Virus record (IMG/VR): IMGVR_UViG_3300045988_175656
Length of the DNA: 64,000 bases
Reading direction: 5' to 3' (one strand)
Origin: a virus
Of the stretch, positions 45,341-53,580 are shown piece by piece. The position numbers were made by a program, and so were the translations under genes. Each line of letters starts with the position of its first letter. Position 1 is the first letter of the stretch. The notes below the pieces were generated by a model. That model searched no databases. It worked only from the letters and a program-made list of their open reading frames with translations, and was not told the origin of the DNA.

Positions 45341-45978
45341 AAAATGTTATCTTCAATAGATACTCTCACATTAGCACTTTCAAAATATACTCCATACGGA
45401 TGAACATAGGTCACAGGTATATTATGTTCTTTCAAAAATGACATTGTTTTTGTTTGCAATTCTGAATAGTTTTGATTCTTAAAAAATTCAATGGTAAAAG
45501 CGTGTGAACGGGTAGTTAAGTTAATATCTTTACATTCAATTTCCACATATTCATTAGTTGGAATATGAACAATTTTAAGTAAATAGTTGTTTAATTTTTG
45601 TTCAAATTCATCTAAATATTCATCCCATTTATAAGAAAGAATAGTCCAATAGTCATGCCCTTTTTTAGTTGAATTAAAAGGAAAAATCTCCATTAGATTA
45701 TAAATGCTTGATGAAAGTTCTAATAGAACCTTTTTAACATTTTCAACATCATCAGCATTCAAGTTAGAATGTAATCCTATGTTAAATTCTTTAACATATT
45801 CAGAATAGACTCTTTTGGATTTAAGCCATTTAACAAATTCAGCTACAATCATTTGATTATAAGTAAGCCCCTTTTTAGGAATGATATTATAATCAATTAA
45901 CTTTTTTTCAAGTTCTGTAAGAGTAATATTATCAAAATATGAATCAACATTTTCTTTAATTTCTTTTGTAAGTTTCAT
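45337..45978 (-). CDS. hypothetical protein
   Basis: 213-aa ATG ORF; follows cassette 46007-46051. Confidence 0.65.
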   Translation of the reverse strand: MKLTKEIKENVDSYFDNITLTELEKKLIDYNIIPKKGLTYNQMIVAEFVKWLKSKRVYSEYVKEFNIGLHSNLNADDVENVKKVLLELSSSIYNLMEIFPFNSTKKGHDYWTILSYKWDEYLDEFEQKLNNYLLKIVHIPTNEYVEIECKDINLTTRSHAFTIEFFKNQNYSELQTKTMSFLKEHNIPVTYVHPYGVYFESANVRVSIEDNIF

Positions 45979-46006
45979 TTTTATTTATCGTTTAATTATT
46001 ATAATG

Positions 46007-46051
46007 CAAATATAAGAAAAATAACTGAATTAACAAAATATTTTGTGTTAA
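46007..46051 (-). promoter_or_regulatory. early-type promoter cassette (TTTG-N19-TATATTTG)
   Basis: caaatata at 46007-46014; caaa at 46034-46037; tgtgttaa ending at 46051. Back-to-back with MASTF leader 11. Confidence 0.6.
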
Positions 46052-46058
46052 AAAATAA

Positions 46059-46097
46059 TAACTTTTTCATTTAGTTTACTAATAATTAGTAAACTAA
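46059..46097 (+). promoter_or_regulatory. MASTF leader element 11
   Basis: TAACTTTT box; perfect palindrome at 46071-46097; ATG at 46104. Confidence 0.7.
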
Positions 46098-46103
46098 ACA
46101 AAC

Positions 46104-46442
46104 ATGGCAAGCACTTTTAAAATTTATCAACAAGGAAAACAAGTTGAAGAAATCACTATTACTGTTATGGCTTATCAATATTGTCAATTAACAGTAGAAA
46201 TGTCAGAAGATGGCAATACAACATTTAAACAAAATATGTCACAAGGAAGTCAAGAAAGATATATGGTAGCCAAAGATTCTGTTATAAATTATAAAACATT
46301 CCCAATAAATTGTAGTGAAGATGTTATAAGTAATTTCTATGATGATAATGGAAATTTAATTAATTCTTGTTCAATGGGGGTAACATTATATAATATAACA
46401 AAAGGTGTTGATAAATTTATGACTATTGAAATAGGAAGATAA
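46104..46442 (+). CDS. MASTF-family protein 11
   Basis: Starts MASTFKIYQQG; palindrome at 46071-46097. It is the only rightward gene inside the 31.5-64 kb leftward block. Confidence 0.8.
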   Translation: MASTFKIYQQGKQVEEITITVMAYQYCQLTVEMSEDGNTTFKQNMSQGSQERYMVAKDSVINYKTFPINCSEDVISNFYDDNGNLINSCSMGVTLYNITKGVDKFMTIEIGR

Positions 46443-46446
46443 AAAA

Positions 46447-46470
46447 CATTAAGGGAAAACTCCCTTAATG
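46447..46470. terminator. hairpin terminator between convergent genes
   Basis: CATTAAGGGA-aaac-TCCCTTAATG. There is a T6 run on the complement side and a weaker T tract on the plus side. Confidence 0.6.
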
Positions 46471-46482
46471 TTATAATTTAAT

Positions 46483-46755
46483 TTATAATGTTTTACGAAA
46501 CCTATCCCAATCATCAGAAATACTACACCAATCAATAGGGATTCTTGGACGAAGAATAGTTTCTTCAGTTGCTAACCAAGTATTATTATCACATTGTAGT
46601 TGAAATGGGTTTTCTTCTATTGGGTTTACTTTTTTTAAATAATCACAAAATTCTTCAACTTTAAAACCATCTTTATAATAAAATATATTTTCTAAAGTAA
46701 GAAAATACCAACTACTTAAACGATTTGCTGCAAGCCAACTTAGAAATTCGTTCAT
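46483..46755 (-). CDS. hypothetical protein
   Basis: 90-aa ATG ORF. Confidence 0.6.
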   Translation of the reverse strand: MNEFLSWLAANRLSSWYFLTLENIFYYKDGFKVEEFCDYLKKVNPIEENPFQLQCDNNTWLATEETILRPRIPIDWCSISDDWDRFRKTL

Positions 46756-46756
46756 A

Positions 46757-47185
46757 TTATTTAATTTTTAAAAATTTTTTAACTGTTTTTAAGAACTTTT
46801 TAATAGTGGAAGATTCAGATGATTCAACTAAGGAATGTATTTCTTCATAATCTTTTTCAAGTTGTTCTTGACTTGTTGTTGAAAAATATTCAATAAGCTC
46901 TCCAACCAAAGGACTTAAAATTTTTATTCTCCCCACTTTTAACATTCTTTCAGCATCAGAAGTGTAGAGAGTTTCATCACCAAAATGCTCTCTATCAAGA
47001 GGGACAAAACGAATTTTGTAATTAATATCACTATCATCTTCTCTATATTTTTCAACTTTGAAATAAGTTGAAACTGTTTTATCATTTGAAGAAGTAAGCG
47101 CAATATTCATTGATGGAATAATATAAGAAAGTGGTATTGCTTCCATTTCCACAATCATACCATATTTGAAACTATAATTATTCAT
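46757..47185 (-). CDS. hypothetical protein
   Basis: 142-aa ATG ORF. Confidence 0.65.
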   Translation of the reverse strand: MNNYSFKYGMIVEMEAIPLSYIIPSMNIALTSSNDKTVSTYFKVEKYREDDSDINYKIRFVPLDREHFGDETLYTSDAERMLKVGRIKILSPLVGELIEYFSTTSQEQLEKDYEEIHSLVESSESSTIKKFLKTVKKFLKIK

Positions 47186-47804
47186 TTGGAAATTCTTTTA
47201 CAAGTTCAACACTGTTTTTATAGAGGGGTAATGATTTGATAAAATCAAAATCTTTTTTATTTTTAACAAAAATTTTCTTATCAAAATTTGTTTTTGTATA
47301 GATGTATGTATCTGCCTGTCCTAAATCTTCAAGAACATAAAGATTTTCATCTACTTTTTGAACATAATCAAAATCAACATCAGTTCCAACAAATGCAATT
47401 TTATCAACTTCAACATTTTCATCTGCTCTAACATACATGATACCTACTATAATATCATATTTTCTATTAAAAGCTACATAAATATCATTACTGAAACCAT
47501 TTGGGTATAATGGTTCATTCCATGCGTTTTTATCCACAAAAAAAGATGTCACAAAAGGATGTTTGAACATTTCACACTTTACACTATCTTTTGTAAAAAA
47601 AGATAATTTCGGTTTATCATTTAATTCTTCAACCAAAACATAGTCATAAAGATACGCATTTGTCAATATTTCAGTAATGATAATTTTACAATTATCGTCA
47701 AATGGAGCACCATTTTCTGTAAAATATCCTACCCATGAAAGAGAATTAAATTTATCAACAAAGATAGGTAATAATTTTAATTTTTTTACCTTTTGATTCG
47801 GCAT
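47178..47804 (-). CDS. hypothetical protein
   Basis: 208-aa ATG ORF. Confidence 0.65.
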   Translation of the reverse strand: MPNQKVKKLKLLPIFVDKFNSLSWVGYFTENGAPFDDNCKIIITEILTNAYLYDYVLVEELNDKPKLSFFTKDSVKCEMFKHPFVTSFFVDKNAWNEPLYPNGFSNDIYVAFNRKYDIIVGIMYVRADENVEVDKIAFVGTDVDFDYVQKVDENLYVLEDLGQADTYIYTKTNFDKKIFVKNKKDFDFIKSLPLYKNSVELVKEFPNE

Positions 47805-47889
47805 AACTTGTTAAAATATATGCAAAATCATCATTACTCATTCTGTTTAAAACACTTGTAAAATCGTCATAATGTTTAATTTCATTCAT
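47755..47889 (-). CDS. small hypothetical protein (44 aa) or upstream leader ORF
   Basis: ATG preceded by GAAAGGAGAAATAAAA. It overlaps the start of 47178-47804 by 50 nt in another frame. Below the track cutoff. Confidence 0.3.
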   Translation of the reverse strand: MNEIKHYDDFTSVLNRMSNDDFAYILTSYAESKGKKIKIITYLC

Positions 47890-47905
47890 TTTTATTTCTC
47901 CTTTC

Positions 47906-48181
47906 TTAAATATTATTAAAAACTTCAATTACTGAATTATATAAATTATTGTTTAAATCTCTACATTGCCATTGTCCTAAATCACATTCAAGATGATTAA
48001 AACCATCACATTGTTCTATGAAATGATAAGTTGTTTCCTCAATAACATCTATTACACAATCATTATCATGTTCAGTTGTTTCAAAATCTTCCTTTGTGAA
48101 CCCAATTGTTTTAAGACTTTTTACTATATCATTTAATAAATGATTGTAATGTTCTTCACTAATATACTTTGGTATGTTCAT
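47906..48181 (-). CDS. acidic hypothetical protein
   Basis: 91-aa ATG ORF; AAGGAG upstream; follows cassette 48210-48254. Confidence 0.6.
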   Translation of the reverse strand: MNIPKYISEEHYNHLLNDIVKSLKTIGFTKEDFETTEHDNDCVIDVIEETTYHFIEQCDGFNHLECDLGQWQCRDLNNNLYNSVIEVFNNI

Positions 48182-48209
48182 AATATAACTCCTTTATTTT
48201 ATTATGTTA

Positions 48210-48254
48210 CAAAGATAAGCATTTTAATTGAATGACACAAATATTATGTGTTAA
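48210..48254 (-). promoter_or_regulatory. early-type promoter cassette (TTTG-N20-TATCTTTG)
   Basis: caaagata at 48210-48217; caaa at 48238-48241; tgtgttaa contains the stop of 48251-48871. Confidence 0.65.
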
Positions 48255-48871
48255 AGAGTATTAATTGATTTATTTTTTAAATGCTGTTTTGCTTTTCTTC
48301 TTCTTTCAGCCATATAAATGTTTAATTTAGCTTCATGTAAACTTTGAAAGTCATAATTATCTAATACTGTTTTAACAGCCAATTTACAATCTAACCAATA
48401 GTTAGCTAAGAAATCAGCAACACAATTATAACGAGTTTGATTGTGACCTTTTACGTGTTTAACATATATTAGATTATCCAAGTAATGTTCACTTTTTTTA
48501 AATGAATAGAATAAACCTTTTAAATTTGGTTCTCTCCGAAAAAGAGATTTACATTTATGTTCAAATTGAAACATTTTATTAATTTCATTCCAATCTGAAT
48601 ATACAACTATTTCTTCATTATGAAATTCACATAAGTTAAAGCATTCAAATAATGCAATAAATTCTAAAATACCATTTTTTAATGACAATTTATCAGCTTT
48701 AAACTCCATTAATGCCAAAATATCCTCTTTGGTGTAACGTTTTGCATAATATTCTTCATTAATTATATTACCTATATAATCATAATGAAGTACAACAATT
48801 CCAACACCACCAATAATATTTGTATTAGGGTTAACATAATTAAATGAAGCATCTACATAAATTTTAACCAT
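48251..48871 (-). CDS. RNase H-like protein
   Basis: DEDD-type order: IYVDASF, ILEFIAL, VVYSDW and HVKGH...NCVADFLA. Confidence 0.55.
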   Translation of the reverse strand: MVKIYVDASFNYVNPNTNIIGGVGIVVLHYDYIGNIINEEYYAKRYTKEDILALMEFKADKLSLKNGILEFIALFECFNLCEFHNEEIVVYSDWNEINKMFQFEHKCKSLFRREPNLKGLFYSFKKSEHYLDNLIYVKHVKGHNQTRYNCVADFLANYWLDCKLAVKTVLDNYDFQSLHEAKLNIYMAERRRKAKQHLKNKSINTL

Positions 48872-48907
48872 AATATTATAAAAATATAATAATTAAATTA
48901 ATAAATT

Positions 48908-49156
48908 TTAACATATACAAGGACCCCAATAACTAAGTTGTTCTTTTAATTCTTCTAATGTACCAAAAAATAATTGTTCTCCATTAAATGATATATCAAC
49001 TTTTAATATAGTAGATTCATTTTCAGTAGTTGCTTCAATTACACATACTAAATCATCCAATTTAGAATTTTCAGTAAATTCTTGTACAAGAACTAATTTA
49101 GCTTTAGGTTGTTGATTTAACAACATTGATAATAAATTTTCGTTATTTTTCATCAT
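48908..49156 (-). CDS. hypothetical protein
   Basis: The track start at 49159 is TTG; the ATG is at 49156. Confidence 0.55.
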   Translation of the reverse strand: MMKNNENLLSMLLNQQPKAKLVLVQEFTENSKLDDLVCVIEATTENESTILKVDISFNGEQLFFGTLEELKEQLSYWGPCIC

Positions 49157-49367
49157 CAAACTCTTTAAATTGTTCTACGCACCAATCGCTAAACTGTTCT
49201 ACACACCAATTGTTAAATTTTCTTAAATTTTGCTCATTACTTAATTCTTCTCTCCAAAAATTGATAATGAAACATTCAATAGCATCTTTACAAGCGTCAT
49301 ATTTTCCATTATCAATAAGAAATGCAACTCGTTTTTCAAACTCTACTTTTTTATTTTTAATATCCAT
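49143..49367 (-). CDS. hypothetical protein with 8-aa tandem duplication
   Basis: 74 aa. FNNWCVEQ/FSDWCVEQ is encoded by the 24-nt tandem repeat at 49171-49218. Confidence 0.55.
   Translation of the reverse strand: MDIKNKKVEFEKRVAFLIDNGKYDACKDAIECFIINFWREELSNEQNLRKFNNWCVEQFSDWCVEQFKEFDDEK
49171..49218 (-). repeat. 24-nt tandem duplication inside a CDS
   Basis: tgttctacgcaccaatcgctaaac / tgttctacacaccaattgttaaat (20/24 identical). Confidence 0.8.
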
Positions 49368-49379
49368 AATTAATTATTG

Positions 49380-49589
49380 TTAGAATTTAACAACCCAATT
49401 TCTTTTTTCAAAATTTTCTTCACTATCACTTTCTAAGTAATATTCCCAATTCTCTTTAGACACGCATACTACATTCTCTTCATCAAGTATTTCAATGCGC
49501 AAACAAGCAGCTAAACTGAATGTATCTATATCTTTTTTAGAATAAACATCTTTACTAAAAAGAAACACTTTACTATAATTCTTTTCCAT
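49380..49589 (-). CDS. hypothetical protein
   Basis: 69-aa ATG ORF; follows cassette 49614-49658. Confidence 0.55.
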   Translation of the reverse strand: MEKNYSKVFLFSKDVYSKKDIDTFSLAACLRIEILDEENVVCVSKENWEYYLESDSEENFEKRNWVVKF

Positions 49590-49613
49590 ATCATTTAATT
49601 TTTAATTATAATG

Positions 49614-49658
49614 CAAATATAATAGACTTTTTGCTATTTACCAAATATTTTATGTTAA
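49614..49658 (-). promoter_or_regulatory. early-type promoter cassette (TTTG-N20-TATATTTG)
   Basis: caaatata at 49614-49621; caaa at 49642-49645; tatgttaa contains the stop of 49655-50200. Confidence 0.65.
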
Positions 49659-50200
49659 ACAAGTTTAAAAAGTTCTTCTAACTCCTCACGATTATTCTTA
49701 TAATATTTAAAAAATTCGTCCAAATCAGAATCAAAAAAATCACAATGAAAATTCTTCTTTTTAAGAAACTCATTAAGTTTCTTGTATAACTCACCTTTAC
49801 GATTAGATTTAAATCGGTAATTTGTTTTGATTACAATTCTTTTATTATCAATAACAAAAGAAACATTGTCAAAAATATATATTTTGGTACCAATTTCTTC
49901 GGTCATTTCTTTACTTTTAAAATCTTTAATATATTCCATAGGAATATAAAGTTCCTTTTTGTAAAGGAATATTTCATTTTTAGAAAGATTAATTTTTCGT
50001 CTATTATGACATTCTCCAAACAAAGTGATAGTACCAATACTATTATTTCCACAATCAAACCATCCTCTTTTTGTTTGGAAAATAACACCATCAATACTAT
50101 TGTAAAATAAAATATTTTCCAACTCAACATCATTAACAAAAAGAGGATTATACCATAATTCTTTTTGTATCAACACAGTTAATTTTTCAACATTGCTCAT
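49655..50200 (-). CDS. hypothetical protein
   Basis: ATG 50200 is preceded by GAAAGGAGAAACAATT. The alternative ATG 50218 would translate the RBS itself. Confidence 0.6.
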   Translation of the reverse strand: MSNVEKLTVLIQKELWYNPLFVNDVELENILFYNSIDGVIFQTKRGWFDCGNNSIGTITLFGECHNRRKINLSKNEIFLYKKELYIPMEYIKDFKSKEMTEEIGTKIYIFDNVSFVIDNKRIVIKTNYRFKSNRKGELYKKLNEFLKKKNFHCDFFDSDLDEFFKYYKNNREELEELFKLV

Positions 50201-50232
50201 AATTGTTTCTCCTTTCATTTATTATTATACAA

Positions 50233-50277
50233 CAAAGGTAAGCATTCTCAGCTTACCTTGCAAAAAATTAGAGTTAA
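50233..50277 (-). promoter_or_regulatory. early-type promoter cassette (TTTG-N20-TACCTTTG)
   Basis: caaaggta at 50233-50240; caaa at 50261-50264; gagttaa contains the stop of 50274-50813. Confidence 0.65.
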
Positions 50278-50813
50278 AGAGTATTAAAAGTATCTTCTAT
50301 TTCTTCATCACTCATTGTAGAATTAATTTTTTTAAGTCCTTCAATGAATTTTTCACCTCTAATTTGGTTATTAATGAATAATTTCTTTAAAATACCTTTT
50401 TGGTGTTTACTAAGTGTTTTATACTTGCTTGACGTAATATCAGTACAAGTAACAAAAATTTCCCAATCATCACTATTTACATACTCTTTATATATTTCTT
50501 TGGCTTTTTTCCGCATTTCTGCATTAACAGTATTAAGTTTATACTGCCAATATGTAGAACAAAGAAATGTTTTAAGTTCCTTATAAGTCAAAACAAGCGC
50601 ACTTGAACCATGTTTAACAGTTACAATATAAAACTTTGTGTTCAATGACCGAACAATGCTAATATCACAACTATTAAAATTAGATGGCAAATGATTACTT
50701 ACCCTTATTTTAAATGTGCCAAATGTATAATACACACTATCAGTAGTATTACTATTTGTTATTTCACATTTCTTGTCTAATGTCAAAATATATTTTTTAA
50801 GCCAATCTATCAT
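50274..50813 (-). CDS. hypothetical protein
   Basis: 179-aa ATG ORF; SVYYTF...KIRVSNH block (see 43027-43662). Confidence 0.65.
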   Translation of the reverse strand: MIDWLKKYILTLDKKCEITNSNTTDSVYYTFGTFKIRVSNHLPSNFNSCDISIVRSLNTKFYIVTVKHGSSALVLTYKELKTFLCSTYWQYKLNTVNAEMRKKAKEIYKEYVNSDDWEIFVTCTDITSSKYKTLSKHQKGILKKLFINNQIRGEKFIEGLKKINSTMSDEEIEDTFNTL

Positions 50814-51340
50814 GCTTTTTGATTTTTAGAAGTAATAGGAAGAAGTCTCATATTCCCCAACATACGACTCATATCTTCTTCCCAAATTTCAATTACAATA
50901 TGTTTATCTGTGAAAATTTTTCTATTTTCATCAAGTTGGAAAATCATTTTCACTTTGTAATTACTTGGATTATCAATTAAAGTAATTTCTTTACAAGAAA
51001 TAAAGTATTTTCTATCTTCAAGTGATACAAATATAGCCCTTTTTTCAATATCAGATAACAAAAAAGTAAAAGTCTGATTTTTAAAAGAAAATTCAATATA
51101 TGGCTCTACATCTAAATAAGTTTCAAACAATGAAACCAATTGATTCTTAGTGAAGTTCATTTTTAAGCGAGAAACCATTACTTCTCTACAAAATTCTCTA
51201 TTTTGTTGATAAAACTTATTCAGAAAAATACGCATTTCATCCCTAAGTTCATTTGAAAATGTTGTTAAATAAACATATTCCAATAAAGTTAAAGGAATTT
51301 CACCAAAATTTACCCGTTTTAAACATATATCATCCATCAT
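50810..51340 (-). CDS. hypothetical protein
   Basis: 176-aa ATG ORF; 4-nt overlap downstream. Confidence 0.65.
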   Translation of the reverse strand: MMDDICLKRVNFGEIPLTLLEYVYLTTFSNELRDEMRIFLNKFYQQNREFCREVMVSRLKMNFTKNQLVSLFETYLDVEPYIEFSFKNQTFTFLLSDIEKRAIFVSLEDRKYFISCKEITLIDNPSNYKVKMIFQLDENRKIFTDKHIVIEIWEEDMSRMLGNMRLLPITSKNQKA

Positions 51341-51716
51341 TTTCCTTTTTTAATTCATTAAGATACAAAGTTAACAACTCTATTCTAAGCTCTCTTGTTG
51401 AAGTATCATAACTACTAAACCAAGCATCCCCATTAAATTGGAAATTATCTTCATAAAAAATGCTAAAGTTACTATATTCATCTATATGTTTAGGAACATA
51501 ACTGTTAGCAATATCTAACAAATCACTAAAATACTCTTTTAAAATATTATAAGAACTTGAATGATTAGAATCAATTTCAATTTTTTTTAATTTTTCAATT
51601 CCTTTAAACAAACCATAACAAATATAATTTGTTTCAAAAGTCATTAAAAAACCTCTTGCTAATTCGACTACTTTAATTACTTCGTCTTTATTTAATGTAA
51701 TGATTTTTCCTGCCAT
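51330..51716 (-). CDS. hypothetical protein
   Basis: 128-aa ATG ORF. Confidence 0.6.
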   Translation of the reverse strand: MAGKIITLNKDEVIKVVELARGFLMTFETNYICYGLFKGIEKLKKIEIDSNHSSSYNILKEYFSDLLDIANSYVPKHIDEYSNFSIFYEDNFQFNGDAWFSSYDTSTRELRIELLTLYLNELKKENDG

Positions 51717-51737
51717 ACTTATTTGTATTATTTAACA

Positions 51738-51986
51738 TTACTCATTTGAGTACATCTTTTTAGCTTCACTTAATCCTGCAATCAAGCCATCCAAATATAT
51801 GTTCATTTCTTTGGCAGTCATATCATAATAACCACTTGAACCCAATACTCTATGAAAACAAGAAGTCCATTCTTCAAGCAAAGCATATTTGCCACCACTA
51901 TATTTAACTACAAGGTCTTGATTACCTGTTAAAAGTTTTAATGATTCAACTTTTTCATCTATAATTTTTCTTGCTCGACTTGCCAT
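51738..51986 (-). CDS. hypothetical protein
   Basis: 82-aa ATG ORF; AAGGAG upstream. Its last codons (MYSNE*) are encoded by a TACTCATTTGAGTA palindrome. Confidence 0.6.
   Translation of the reverse strand: MASRARKIIDEKVESLKLLTGNQDLVVKYSGGKYALLEEWTSCFHRVLGSSGYYDMTAKEMNIYLDGLIAGLSEAKKMYSNE
51739..51752. repeat. TACTCATTTGAGTA palindrome, copy B1
   Basis: Overlaps the last codons and stop of 51738-51986. Confidence 0.7.
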
Positions 51987-52010
51987 AATTTTATCTCCTT
52001 TCTTATTATA

Positions 52011-52127
52011 TTATTCTTTCCATAATTTACCACAACAATCACACTTATATACCGTTATAGGCACTCCCCAAACATAAGTCGTTCCATATTTGTACAATTT
52101 CCCATTACAACAATGTGGGCAATCCAT
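52011..52127 (-). CDS. mini zinc-ribbon protein (38 aa)
   Basis: MDCPHCCNGKLYKYGTTYVWGVPITVYKCDCCGKLWKE: two Cys clusters. Below the track cutoff; fills the 51987-52138 gap. Confidence 0.45.
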   Translation of the reverse strand: MDCPHCCNGKLYKYGTTYVWGVPITVYKCDCCGKLWKE

Positions 52128-52138
52128 TTTAAAAAATC

Positions 52139-52363
52139 TCATACTTTCAATATTTTTCTGTATTTAACTTTTGGGCATTGGTTTTCCCACTGAAAATAAA
52201 CTTTACCTACCAATGTTTCATGTTCCCACAATGTTTGCCTATACGAACGGGTAAAGTAATAAGTATTATCAGATGTATCAAGTATGATTAATTGGTCGTA
52301 ACCGTCTCTCATTGCTGTTTTCTTAGCATTTTTAATACATTCTTTATAATCGTTTGTTTCCAT
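52139..52363 (-). CDS. hypothetical protein
   Basis: 74-aa ATG ORF; follows cassette 52397-52441. Confidence 0.55.
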   Translation of the reverse strand: METNDYKECIKNAKKTAMRDGYDQLIILDTSDNTYYFTRSYRQTLWEHETLVGKVYFQWENQCPKVKYRKILKV

Positions 52364-52396
52364 ATAACTTTATTTTTATTTGTTTTTTAACTAATA

Positions 52397-52441
52397 CAAA
52401 GATAATACATAATTGGGGTATTACCAAATGTTTTTAGTTAA
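52397..52441 (-). promoter_or_regulatory. early-type promoter cassette (TTTG-N20-TATCTTTG)
   Basis: caaagata at 52397-52404; caaa at 52425-52428; tagttaa ending at 52441. Confidence 0.65.
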
Positions 52442-52451
52442 AGAATATTAT

Positions 52452-52697
52452 TTAATTATTTCTAAAAGTTTTACAAAAACCAATTTCTCCATTACTTTTA
52501 CGAATGATTTTAGTTAAAGTAATTGTTTCACCCTTATTAATACCCGAAATATAAACTTCTTCAAGTTCTTCATCAGTTAAAGGTTTTTCATCTTCTTTTT
52601 CCAAATCTTTGATATATTCCTTTGCTGTTATTTTTGCATCTTTAAGAGTTGATTCAGTTTCCATCATACCCTCAATTCTATAATATTCTACTCTCAT
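52452..52697 (-). CDS. hypothetical protein
   Basis: 81-aa ATG ORF. Confidence 0.55.
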   Translation of the reverse strand: MRVEYYRIEGMMETESTLKDAKITAKEYIKDLEKEDEKPLTDEELEEVYISGINKGETITLTKIIRKSNGEIGFCKTFRNN

Positions 52698-52701
52698 ATT
52701 A

Positions 52702-53037
52702 TTAGTTTTTTGTTTTTTTATTTGGAACTTCTACTATGTTATAAATTTTTGAACTGTAATTTTTACGAATAGTTGTTTTATCAAAAGACCATAACGCAAC
52801 TATTCCAATATAATCACTTTCAACAAAGTATCGTTTCATTACTTGTCTGAAATCCATTACAACACCCATTAACATAACACAGCCAAGTGGTGTACAAATC
52901 CCTATATTAACTTGTTTGTAAAGAAACACCTTTTCATCATAACTAAGATGTTCACCATTATTAATTTTTACAGAAAGGTTATATAATTTACTACCCTTAA
53001 TTAAATCTGTATTGCCATGAAAAATAACTTGTGCCAT
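52702..53037 (-). CDS. hypothetical protein
   Basis: 111-aa ATG ORF; follows cassette 53076-53120. Confidence 0.6.
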   Translation of the reverse strand: MAQVIFHGNTDLIKGSKLYNLSVKINNGEHLSYDEKVFLYKQVNIGICTPLGCVMLMGVVMDFRQVMKRYFVESDYIGIVALWSFDKTTIRKNYSSKIYNIVEVPNKKTKN

Positions 53038-53075
53038 AATGTTTTTACTATTAGTTATCTTATTTTATTACACAA

Positions 53076-53120
53076 CAAAGATATGAAATAAGTTCATACT
53101 TTGCAAATTATTTGAGTTAA
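53076..53120 (-). promoter_or_regulatory. early-type promoter cassette (TTTG-N20-TATCTTTG)
   Basis: caaagata at 53076-53083; caaa at 53104-53107; tgagttaa ending at 53120. Confidence 0.65.
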
Positions 53121-53142
53121 TTAATCTTAATTGGATTTTAAT

Positions 53143-53397
53143 TCATTCTTTAAGTTTATTACACAATTCTTCAAAACTACCCTCAAAAATTATGTTTCCT
53201 TCTTTATCAATGACTTCAAGCATTTCAGTAGTAGAAATATTATCTTCAAAGAAAGTTCTCAAAGCATTAAGACTAAAAATGCTAATGCGTGCAATATCAT
53301 TTTCTTCTCCATAAGGAAAAACAGATACGCCACCTGCATTACAGAATGTTGGTGAGGTATGACGAATACCATATTTTTTAATTTGTATAGTTTTCAT
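53143..53397 (-). CDS. hypothetical protein
   Basis: 84-aa ATG ORF downstream of the 53398-53580 non-coding region. Confidence 0.6.
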   Translation of the reverse strand: MKTIQIKKYGIRHTSPTFCNAGGVSVFPYGEENDIARISIFSLNALRTFFEDNISTTEMLEVIDKEGNIIFEGSFEELCNKLKE

Positions 53398-53479
53398 ATT
53401 ATTTATACTAATTCTAAATTAACTAATTATGTTTAAAAACAGCTTAAAATATTTGCAAATTAAATAAAAAACAGTATTA

Positions 53480-53554
53480 ATATAATGGTCCTTATAATAG
53501 TTAATATTATATAATATTAATATAAATTATATAATATATTAAGGACCATTATAT
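53480..53554 (-). terminator. long AT-rich hairpin, probable terminator
   Basis: 15-bp arms ATATAATGGTCCTTA / TAAGGACCATTATAT around a 45-nt loop; T runs on both sides. Confidence 0.45.
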
Positions 53555-53580
53555 ATACTTTTTTCTGAATTATACAAATT

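Noticed and set aside
5213-46097. MASTF palindrome interpreted as an intrinsic terminator
   Set aside because: The stem is almost entirely A/T. It is followed on the sense strand by AACAAAAC rather than a U tract. It always sits 6-15 nt upstream of an ATG, not after a stop. Separate GC-containing terminators are present downstream of the genes.
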